Virus record (IMG/VR): IMGVR_UViG_3300009502_000036
Span: 14,092 to 78,091 of that record
DNA from: a virus
Reading direction: 5' to 3' (one strand)
Length of the DNA stretch: 64,000 nt
Each line of letters starts with the position of its first letter. Position 1 is the first letter of the stretch. Below, piece by piece: positions 56,601 to 64,000 of this stretch. The notes beneath the pieces were generated by a model. The model saw only the letters and a program-made list of their open reading frames with translations, did not search any database and was not told the origin of the DNA. A program made the position numbers and the translations under genes.

Positions 56601-59600
56601 CAATTACCTCTATATAGTTCTTCTAAATTGGGTAATATTAGACTTAGAGATGCTATAGACTTTAGACCTGCAAGACATGCAAACACTACTGTGACTATTT
56701 CTGGGAATTTATCAAATGGACTTTTCAGTGACATTTCTAATTTAAATAATAACTGGTTAGATAATTCTATTAAAGTAGTTAATCCATCTCCTAGAATATA
56801 CGATACCTTTAAAATAGACTATAATTATTTCTTAGATAAAAAGGCATCTGTTACTCTAAATAAAAACTATGATTTTGAAATTATAGAAGGACAGCCGGGT
56901 TCTATTGCAGATCCTGTGCTTACAGACAATTCTCTTCTTTTATGGAAACTTTATTTTCCACCATACTTAGATTCCATAGATCTGATAGAGAAAACGTTTA
57001 TAGACAATAGAGTTTATCAAATGAAAGACATTGGTGCTATTGATACACGTCTCACTGCTTTAGAAAAAATCGTTAAATTGAATGTTGATGAATTGAAAGC
57101 GATGTCGTTTCACGAGCCATCTACAAGTGCTCTTTATTTGGGATTGGAAAGATTTAAAAATGGAATACTATTAGATACATTTACTGGACATAGTGTTGGT
57201 GATGTTCAAGATCCTGATTATAAATGTTCTATAGAACCTGATGCACAGACTCTTCGTGCTCCGTTTGAATCTCAAGTTATAGATATGGATGTTATATTTA
57301 CCAGTTCAGGGGTTACTTATCATCCTATAAACTCTAGAACATTCGTAAATGATAAAGGACAAACAGTTACAACTAATGATGGTATAGTTACACTTAACTA
57401 TCAGCATGTATCTTATTTAGAACAGAGGAATTTTACGTCTTCTATGAGTGTTAATCCATATAACGTAACAAAATTTGTTGGTAAATTAACACTAGATCCT
57501 GAATCAGATAATTGGATGGACACTCAAGTTCAACCTACTGTTGAAATTAATTTGACAGGAGATGCAGATGCATGGAATGCTTTAACTTCATCTGTTAATT
57601 CAAGACTTGTTGTAACTTTAGATAGAACCCCATTATTTAGTATTGGAAGTCATGTAACATCAAATTCTGGCGGTGGCGGTACAGTTTCTGCAATAGAAGA
57701 TGGTAATAATATTGTATTAATAGATTATGAAGGTTCTTTTTATATAGGTTCAACTTTAGTTGGAATAAAGAATGATGGTTCTGGTTTTTCTGCTCTTGTA
57801 AATGATACGTGGGAAAGAGGTGGTGCTCCTGGATTTGGAACACAATTCGGAGATTGGCAAACACAATGGACCGGTGTTAATTCAACAACAGATATATCTG
57901 CGACAGGTACATCTAGAACTGTTGTTGATAATCAAACTAATAGAACAACATATGCTGCAACTGGTCAAATTGTTGTTGAAAGTAATGCAGTTGCAAGAAA
58001 CCAATCTGGAACTATAACAACTGATAGAACTACAACTAATACAACAAATATTCAGTCAAATAGTGGAACAAATACTGTTTTAGGTAATAGTGTTTTAACA
58101 CAGGACATGGGTGAAAAAGTAGTTGATGTTTCTATAATACCATATATTCGTACAAAAGATGTTTTATTTGATGCTGTTGGATTAAAACCAAATACTAGAC
58201 TTTACCCATTCTTTAATGGCATTTCTGTTAGTCAATATTGTTCACCTAGAACTTTAAGTGGAGGCATATGGATTTTAGATTCATATAATTCTCCATTAAT
58301 ATCAGATTCTACTGGCAAAATTAACGGAATATTCAAAATTCCTGGAGGCGTTTTTGCGACAGGAGAAAGAACGTTTAGATTAATTGATGATTCTTCTAAC
58401 GATCTTACAAGTGCAACTACAAATGCAGAAGCTGGTTATGTTGCTTCTGGTTTACAACAAACAAAGGTAGACCAAATAATCTCTACGCGAGTGCCTACAA
58501 TAGAACGTAGAGATGTTTCTGTAGAAAGAAAAGTCACAACTTCATCTACAGACGTATCTACATCTACTTCTTGGAATACTTTACCTGCATTGCCGGATGT
58601 TTCTACTACAATAGAACCGCAACCTATACCTGCGCCTGTTCCTGTAACGAACATATACAATACTATTCAACAAATACCTGCACCTGCGCCTGTAGTCCCT
58701 ACACCTGCACCTTGTTCTGGTAAAGGTTGTTCTAGTGGTGGAGCTGACCCTCTAGCTCAGACTTTTTTTATTAATCTTAATGAAGATCCTACAGGAGTAT
58801 TTATAACTGCTATAGATGTTTATGTTGCTATAAAGGCATTTACAAATACTTTACCTTTAGTATTAGATGTAAGAACAACTGTTAATGGATATCCATCACA
58901 ATATACTGTACCCGGAACAAGTACTTGGTATTCACACACGGATCTAATTAGCAGTGCATCTCATGACGGTGCTAATACTCTTACAATAAATACTGTCGTA
59001 GAACATAAAATGTTAGATAACCAATATATAACATTGCTCAACGACACTAACTATAATGGAACTTATCCTATAAGACTAAAAACTGTTAGTGGGGTAACAA
59101 GTAGAACTTCGTTTGAAATAACTGTTCCTTTTGCTAATGTTAATAATATACAGCCTGTAGGTTTAAATTTTTCTAAAATTAACATTGCAACGTTAAATAA
59201 TAATTGGGTACCTACAAAATTTGTTTTTGAATGCCCTATTTATTTAGCTGGAGGAGAATATTCATTTGTTGTTAGATCAACTACAGAAGAATATGAAATT
59301 TACTTATCAACAATGGGTAAAAATTCTCTCAGAGATAGTCAAATTGTAACAAAACAACCTGCCATAGGTTCTATGTTTAGATCACAGAACTCTAGTACCT
59401 GGACTCCAGATCAAGAATCTGACCTTGCTTTTAATATTTGGAGAGCAAGTTTTGATACATCTAACATAGGAGATATTGTTTTTACACAAAATGATTTGTC
59501 ATTAGATAATTTAGTAGGTGTCGGTGGCACTTTTTCTAGTAATTTTAACGTAAAATATAATTTACTTAACCTTCAGACTGCAAGTCTTAATATACAAAAA

Positions 59601-60452
59601 ACAAAGATAGAATGGTATTCTAAAATGACTGATTTAGTTGGTGGTTTAGAATCTGATTGGGCAAAAACAGTACCTAACGCTGATTTTGAAACAACTAAAA
59701 CAAAAGTTGTTTATAAAGGTTCATCTTCAATTCAAGTTAGAGCAATGATGAATACTGGAAGCGATATGGTATCTCCGGTCGTTGATCTTCTTAATCAAAG
59801 AGCTATTCTCGTAGAAAATATAATTAACAATAATTTAGAACGAGAGTATGAGGCAGATGGAGGATGTTCACAAGCTAAATATATTTCTAGATCTGTTATT
59901 TTAGATGAGGGAATGGATGCAGTAGATATATCTGTTCACATCGATGCATCAAAAACTAGATTTGAAAACAGCATTTCAGATATAAGATGTTATGGAAAAA
60001 TATTAGCTTCTGGAGATGAAAAGTCATTTCATGATAGATTTTGGTATCCATTAAATCTTCAAGTAGATCCAGGTTATTCTACCGCATCAAATGATTATAA
60101 AAAATATGACTATAAATTCCCAAAGAATATTTGGTTTGTTAATGAGGGTGGAAATGTTTCTGTTCATTATACTGGAGATGGAGTTCTTTATAATTTTTCT
60201 GCTATAGATTACGAAGAATCTCAAATGTCTACTTTTTTAGATGCTTTTTCTGTTCCTTTAGAACATTTACACTATGATGATCAAACAGAAACTATGACAT
60301 ATACATATTATGATGGAGTTGCTTATCCAAGTCAGTCTAAAGTTACAACATACAATTCGTTTAAGCAATACTCTATAAAAATTGTGATGTTGAGTGACAA
60401 TAAATCTATGATCCCATTGATTAAGGGTTATAAAGCACTTGCTTTAACATAA
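53637..60452 (+). CDS. large virion structural protein (DUF4815/VrlC-like of T4-like cyanophages)
   Basis: PFFDD, YKVLFRPG.ALQARELT..Q.ILQNQ, GADR, DNGQRDNYY, RFKNG...D.F, DPLAQTF, GS.F.SQN.STW...Q..DL.F. Confidence 0.85.
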   Translation: MSRTFDVAPFFDDYLTPNSGGLAKNYYKVLFRPGRALQARELTTAQTILQNQLGSFGKFFFPEGASIYGANKFLYTPLDYVIVKSTLTDTTVLPKNPTGDGFLNFKVGDVIKGATSGITAVIQFVSPAEAGTDPDMIFVKYLTANTDIVTSVTTSTFLHSESLTHANSSVEIAVTSDVDFSYGHGISVNSGIIFTKELFIQTTDQSLLFDKFSTTSNSRVGYVVTDKIISSLDDVSLKDNAQGYPNYSADGADRHQISLQLCSLGYDNDWVANEVVEWTSGVRYHKNRKTKLPGSSEVFVCIQSHVSTLGSSSNRPVSNSDSEYWVQAINFIEICRIKNGGWITATLAAPDANIGFSKSTYDTLLKLIEKRDSLIHGDFTIKPFGLKIKDNDTSGINITNNLVESNSNIYIEQTVANTSQLLLSVDFGHAFKDGHEVITQTPEFFVLDKPRTAKHVKKSSDYSPEINYGNYMLLQNVNGYFDIQRHETVSFYNANTHVAGWSNTSHEIGTAKIRYFDINSGRKTETANTASPHYPTYRAYLYNFKGIKPGEARAIKGAYGHADTKVSVTTLTSLAGGNINVATANVYGEMFETGLENKSVFQLNPNYVQFLYPTNTSGVPIYYTYKDFDAKFVRVSKTLGGISTNVFELRSANTNALFTEADFGSELGNGLVNPMNEVDLAEANYTLFNMSSMNVEIFSCGSEINVTHGNIIPEDAIAGESNCDYKWTSDPTPKFSVYFATSNVSVTTIPDIKLRVKMGILDAVSDKKVYNPCITTKLLSTETSTHQGYNSKEISLFEPDVYSLDAVYMAGTGNTSPAFPTIELDMFSGTFLGGETFYEVNSLTGIATGVTGKLIANIPSSNTWTFIPKGSINGMYTISANNFVIGDTSGSGARIPESPIINAGFMDITGRYELDNGQRDNYYDWAKIKLLKGKTAPTAPILIVYSKFDTQYGVDNEKTFYSINSYGFFAGDEWVGWYVAGKDRLKYSQLPLYSSSKLGNIRLRDAIDFRPARHANTTVTISGNLSNGLFSDISNLNNNWLDNSIKVVNPSPRIYDTFKIDYNYFLDKKASVTLNKNYDFEIIEGQPGSIADPVLTDNSLLLWKLYFPPYLDSIDLIEKTFIDNRVYQMKDIGAIDTRLTALEKIVKLNVDELKAMSFHEPSTSALYLGLERFKNGILLDTFTGHSVGDVQDPDYKCSIEPDAQTLRAPFESQVIDMDVIFTSSGVTYHPINSRTFVNDKGQTVTTNDGIVTLNYQHVSYLEQRNFTSSMSVNPYNVTKFVGKLTLDPESDNWMDTQVQPTVEINLTGDADAWNALTSSVNSRLVVTLDRTPLFSIGSHVTSNSGGGGTVSAIEDGNNIVLIDYEGSFYIGSTLVGIKNDGSGFSALVNDTWERGGAPGFGTQFGDWQTQWTGVNSTTDISATGTSRTVVDNQTNRTTYAATGQIVVESNAVARNQSGTITTDRTTTNTTNIQSNSGTNTVLGNSVLTQDMGEKVVDVSIIPYIRTKDVLFDAVGLKPNTRLYPFFNGISVSQYCSPRTLSGGIWILDSYNSPLISDSTGKINGIFKIPGGVFATGERTFRLIDDSSNDLTSATTNAEAGYVASGLQQTKVDQIISTRVPTIERRDVSVERKVTTSSTDVSTSTSWNTLPALPDVSTTIEPQPIPAPVPVTNIYNTIQQIPAPAPVVPTPAPCSGKGCSSGGADPLAQTFFINLNEDPTGVFITAIDVYVAIKAFTNTLPLVLDVRTTVNGYPSQYTVPGTSTWYSHTDLISSASHDGANTLTINTVVEHKMLDNQYITLLNDTNYNGTYPIRLKTVSGVTSRTSFEITVPFANVNNIQPVGLNFSKINIATLNNNWVPTKFVFECPIYLAGGEYSFVVRSTTEEYEIYLSTMGKNSLRDSQIVTKQPAIGSMFRSQNSSTWTPDQESDLAFNIWRASFDTSNIGDIVFTQNDLSLDNLVGVGGTFSSNFNVKYNLLNLQTASLNIQKTKIEWYSKMTDLVGGLESDWAKTVPNADFETTKTKVVYKGSSSIQVRAMMNTGSDMVSPVVDLLNQRAILVENIINNNLEREYEADGGCSQAKYISRSVILDEGMDAVDISVHIDASKTRFENSISDIRCYGKILASGDEKSFHDRFWYPLNLQVDPGYSTASNDYKKYDYKFPKNIWFVNEGGNVSVHYTGDGVLYNFSAIDYEESQMSTFLDAFSVPLEHLHYDDQTETMTYTYYDGVAYPSQSKVTTYNSFKQYSIKIVMLSDNKSMIPLIKGYKALALT

Positions 60453-60458
60453 AATACA

Positions 60459-60668
60459 ATGGATAACGTAAGAATAGAAGGTTATAATGCAGTTAAGAAT
60501 ATGTATTCTAAGGGACTTTTAAGTACAGATTCTGATAAACTTGCTGCATATAGAATACAAAGAAATCTTAAAAAGACAGAATCTGATAGAATATCTGCAT
60601 TAGAGTCTGAAGTCAAAGAGATTAAAGCATTGCTAATAAAATTGATAGAGAATAATGGCAACAAATGA
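60459..60668 (+). CDS. small coiled-coil protein
   Basis: RISALESEVKEIKALLIKL; typical follower of the DUF4815 gene. Confidence 0.6.
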   Translation: MDNVRIEGYNAVKNMYSKGLLSTDSDKLAAYRIQRNLKKTESDRISALESEVKEIKALLIKLIENNGNK

Positions 60669-61002
60669 TTCTTATATACCAGCAGAATATCACACTGGCA
60701 TTGTTAGGGGTGATTACTTTCGTGAAAGTTTTTCATTTACTGTAGATGGGTTTGACTTGGATATTACTAGCGCAACAGTAAAAATCCAATTAAAAAATTC
60801 CATTAACGAAAATAAAGGACAATGGACAGTTGGGAATGGATTGTCAATAGAAAATAATGTTTTACTTTGGGAAATATTAGAAGAAGAAACATCTATGTTA
60901 ATCCCATCAGTTTATAAATATGATATTGAAATAATTATTAATGGGAAAAAGAAGACATATGTGAGAGGAAATTTTAATGTAGAAAAATATATAACTATAT
61001 GA
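60655..61002 (+). CDS. Ig-like (BppU N-terminal-like) structural protein
   Basis: RGD.F, YKYDIEI, TYVRGNF.V. Confidence 0.55.
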   Translation: MATNDSYIPAEYHTGIVRGDYFRESFSFTVDGFDLDITSATVKIQLKNSINENKGQWTVGNGLSIENNVLLWEILEEETSMLIPSVYKYDIEIIINGKKKTYVRGNFNVEKYITI

Positions 61003-61769
61003 GCAATCCTAATCAAATAGATAGCAGATCGAATCAAATTGTTCAAATTGATATTTCAGATAAAATTGTTATAGTAACCCCTGAAAATGTCATTTCTAGT
61101 TTGGGTTATGTACCAGAGAATGCTAATAATAAAATAGAAGTATGGTCTTCGCAAAGTAACAATATAAACTATCCAGCCGAAAAGTTAGTAAAGGATTCTC
61201 TTGATCTAAAATTAGACTCTTCTGCATATAATGCAGAAGACATTTTGTCTAAATTAAAAACTGTAGATGGTCCATCGAGTGGTCTGGATGCAGATCTTTT
61301 AGATAGCAGATCAGGAACATTTTATTTAGATTGGGATAATGCTACAAATAAACCCGGACCTAACATAGAAGTAATTTTATCTGGAGATGTTTCGGGTACT
61401 TCTAATGTTACTTTAACTAACTTAGAGAATGGTGTTATTTCTATAGTAACATCAGTTGCAGATGATTCTCATAATCATACTATAGAAAATGTTGATGGAT
61501 TACAAACATCTTTAAATTTTATATCAGAAGAACTATCTTCTCATATAGGAAATAACAACAATCCTCATGAAACAACAGCTTCTCAGGTAGGTCTTGGTAA
61601 CGTTGACAATACACCAGATTCAACGAAATCTGTATTGTCTGCAAATACCGCTTTACACGTTTCATATAGTGGTCTTATAGGAATTCCTATAATATGGAAT
61701 CAAGATACAACTGGAACTGCAAATAATGCTACACATTTAAATGGACAACAATCATCTTTCTATTATCCA
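60999..61769 (+). pseudogene. tail fibre gene truncated by the IS21 insertion
   Basis: VDGPSSGLDADLLD, LSGDVSG, VADDSHNH, NPH..TA.QVGLGNVDN; the frame runs into the IS left end and stops at 61811. Confidence 0.8.
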
Positions 61770-61929
61770 GTGAATAATCTGCATCAAAGTGTACCAGGGA
61801 TTCTGGCCTAAAGTGTACCAGTAAATCTGGAGCAATGTGTACCACTTGTTCTGGTGCAAAGTGTACCACCCAAGAAGGACGGATTTGTAACATTGCCTGA
61901 GGTATCTTCGGTAAAAAACCGGAGACCAA

Positions 61930-63495
61930 ATGGCAAACAATCCATTAAGCATGTTACAAATTCGGCGTATTTTACAACTGCTGTCCGACGGTAGATCATG
62001 CCGTCAAATTCATCGTGAGTGCGGCGTTCATCGCAACACCGTCAAGGGCTATGTGGCCCGTTTTGAGCAAACAGGCAAAAGTTATGCTGAACTCGGAGCT
62101 CTCCTGGACAGTGAGCTTAGCGCTGTGGTTTATGCCCCTCGATCCAGCCTTACAACGGACGAACGTCTGCAGTATCTGGAAACAAAGTTTGAGCATTATC
62201 GCCAACAACTGAAACGGACAGGCGTCACTAAACTGCTTTTATGGGAAGAGTACCTGCAGGAACAGCCTGGAGGGTACCGGTATGCTCAATTCAGTCTACA
62301 TCTCAAGAACTATCTCGCAGCCCAGCCACAAGCAACAATGCCGCAGTCGCATGCTCCTGGTGAGCGCCTTGAGATTGATTTTGCCGGTAAACTGCTTCAA
62401 TATTTTGATCGAGCGAGTAACGAGTTGATAAATTGTCCGGTGCTGGTCTGTACCCTACCGTTCAGCAGCATGAGTTATGTGGAGCCCTTGGCGTCAAGCC
62501 GCCAGGAGCATCTTATCCCGGCACTGAACCGTGCCCTTGAGTACTTCGGAGGAATCCCCAAAATCATTCTGAGCGATAATATGGCGCAGGTGGTTGTAAG
62601 AAGTTGCCGCTACGAGCCCGTGTTTACGCAGCTTATCGAACAGTGGGCGCTTCATTATCACACGACCATGAAAGCCACCCGGGTCTCTCATCCCAAGGAT
62701 AAACCCTCCGTTGAAAAAACGGTACACCTCTCTTATCAGCAGATCTACGCCCGGCAACGCAACGAGACTGCGACCAGTCTGTCTGCCCTCAAATACCGTA
62801 CACACCAATTACTCGAAGAGTTCAATGACCGGCTGATGTCGCAGTACGGACTCAGCCGACGGCAGCGGTTTGAGCAAGAAGAAAAAGCATCGTTACAGGC
62901 TTTGCCCGATACAGCATTCCAATTGAAACATGAAGCTATGGCAACCGTGAAGAAGAGCTATCACGTTATTCTTGGTGAAGACTGGCATCAGTACAGTGTC
63001 CCGTATCAGTATATCGGAAAGCGGGTTAAGCTGATCTATGATGAATCGGTTGTTGAGGTCTTTCTGGACTTCCAGCGGATTGCACTTCATCAGCGAAGCA
63101 CCTTGCGCAATGGTTATACGACAAAGCCGGAGCATATGCCGGAAGCGCACCGCCGCTACAGGCTCCACCAGGGATGGTCACCCGATGACTTTATCTGGAA
63201 GGCTGCTGCCATCGGAGCCCATACCGAAAACGTCATGCAACGCATGCTCGCATCGAGATCGTTCATTGAACAAACCTATGATGCCTGCCTTGGAGTCCTC
63301 CGGCTGAAGGAGCGCTACGGTGCTGACCGGCTGGAAGCTGCCTGCGGGATCGCCTTGCCGCATCCGACTGTTGGCTACCGGATGCTGAAAAATATGCTTG
63401 AAAACAACCGTGATAAACTTCCAGCATTCGAGCCTGGCAAGTTGCTGCGCTTGCCGACTCATGACAATATCAGAGGCAGAGAAGCCTATCATTAA
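61930..63495 (+). CDS. istA: IS21 transposase
   Basis: N-terminal HTH, PGE.LEIDFAG, FGG.P.....DN, P.DKPSVE (DDE), HQYSVPY. Confidence 0.95.
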   Translation: MANNPLSMLQIRRILQLLSDGRSCRQIHRECGVHRNTVKGYVARFEQTGKSYAELGALLDSELSAVVYAPRSSLTTDERLQYLETKFEHYRQQLKRTGVTKLLLWEEYLQEQPGGYRYAQFSLHLKNYLAAQPQATMPQSHAPGERLEIDFAGKLLQYFDRASNELINCPVLVCTLPFSSMSYVEPLASSRQEHLIPALNRALEYFGGIPKIILSDNMAQVVVRSCRYEPVFTQLIEQWALHYHTTMKATRVSHPKDKPSVEKTVHLSYQQIYARQRNETATSLSALKYRTHQLLEEFNDRLMSQYGLSRRQRFEQEEKASLQALPDTAFQLKHEAMATVKKSYHVILGEDWHQYSVPYQYIGKRVKLIYDESVVEVFLDFQRIALHQRSTLRNGYTTKPEHMPEAHRRYRLHQGWSPDDFIWKAAAIGAHTENVMQRMLASRSFIEQTYDACLGVLRLKERYGADRLEAACGIALPHPTVGYRMLKNMLENNRDKLPAFEPGKLLRLPTHDNIRGREAYH

Positions 63496-63513
63496 CCCTT
63501 AACCACCGAACCA

Positions 63514-64000
63514 ATGAACACTCAACAGACGCTTGATCAACTCCGCTCCTTGAAGCTTCATGGCATGGCCAAAGCCTATGAGGTAGCCAGATCTCTTCCT
63601 GTTCACGATCAGGTAAGCGGCGATCCGCTAATCGCCCAACTGGTAGAATCGGAGTGCCACTACAGAAAAGAACAGACCACCAAACGCTACCTACAGCAAA
63701 GCAGGCTGCGCTATCCGGCACATCTTGAACAGGTTCACTGTAACGCCCAACGCAACCTTTCCCGAGAGCAGCTTATGAGTCTTGCGGATGGCGGTTTTAT
63801 TGACAGGGCTGAAAACGTCCTGATTACCGGCTACACCGGATGCGGGAAAAGCTATCTGGCATGCGCTCTTGCCCGGCAGGCCTGTTCTCTGGGATACCGA
63901 ACCCTTTACTTTGGCTTTAATCGCTTCATTGAACAAATCCTCCAGGCAAAACTTGATGGCACCTTTGTCAAACTGCTCGATCAGATCGCACGAACCCGGC
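63514..64000 (+). CDS. istB: IS21 helper AAA+ ATPase (partial)
   Basis: ATG63514 MNTQQTLDQLRSLKLHGM...NVLITGYTGCGKSYLACAL (Walker A); runs off the window. Confidence 0.93.
   Translation, partial: MNTQQTLDQLRSLKLHGMAKAYEVARSLPVHDQVSGDPLIAQLVESECHYRKEQTTKRYLQQSRLRYPAHLEQVHCNAQRNLSREQLMSLADGGFIDRAENVLITGYTGCGKSYLACALARQACSLGYRTLYFGFNRFIEQILQAKLDGTFVKLLDQIARTR

Larger units (their letters stand above)
61770..64000 (+). mobile_element. IS21-family insertion sequence (right end outside the window)
   Basis: abrupt GC increase; four aa(a/t)gtgtacca boxes at 61786, 61810, 61834, 61858 (24-bp period); istA plus istB. Confidence 0.93.

Noticed and set aside
1-61769. Genome-wide TAG reassignment (genetic code 15)
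   Set aside because: Only one convincing in-frame TAG was found; long genes are intact in code 11 and TAG terminates genes such as 35586..37037.
61786-61868. 24-bp-period repeats as a mini-CRISPR or iterons
   Set aside because: They match the multiple transposase-binding boxes typical of IS21 ends and lie directly upstream of istA.
1-64000. Additional DGR target VRs elsewhere in the window
   Set aside because: No other translated ORF shows the GGxW..GSR tail or a TR-like sequence; remote targets outside the window cannot be excluded.

Overview
Bases 1 to ~61770 are an AT-rich segment of a large T4-like (cyanophage/Tevenvirinae-type) myovirus. It contains an early/accessory region with a nucleotidyltransferase, RNA ligase, NAD-dependent DNA ligase and an ~11-member paralog family. 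It then has replication genes (RNase H, ribonucleotide reductase, gp33, gp59, gp32), an HD-CoaD fusion and a previously unannotated chain of ~11 translationally coupled mini-ORFs. Next come a lysis cassette and a baseplate/tail module (tape measure, gp51, gp26, gp54, gp2, gp4, gp48, gp53, gp27-like, gp5, PAAR, gp25, gp6, gp7). The tail-fibre block carries a diversity-generating retroelement (target VR, TR, RT, no recognisable avd) in which 21 of 22 VR/TR mismatches fall at TR adenines. From ~61770 a GC-richer IS21 element (istA, partial istB) interrupts a tail-fibre gene. The most notable items are the mini-ORF cassette array, the DGR in a T4-like phage, the paralog family with homopolymer frameshifts, a likely programmed -1 frameshift joining gp26 to gp51 upstream of the tape measure gene, and signs of long-term residence in a host (IS insertion, amber-interrupted fibre gene). 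All product calls come from motif recognition and synteny, not database searches.
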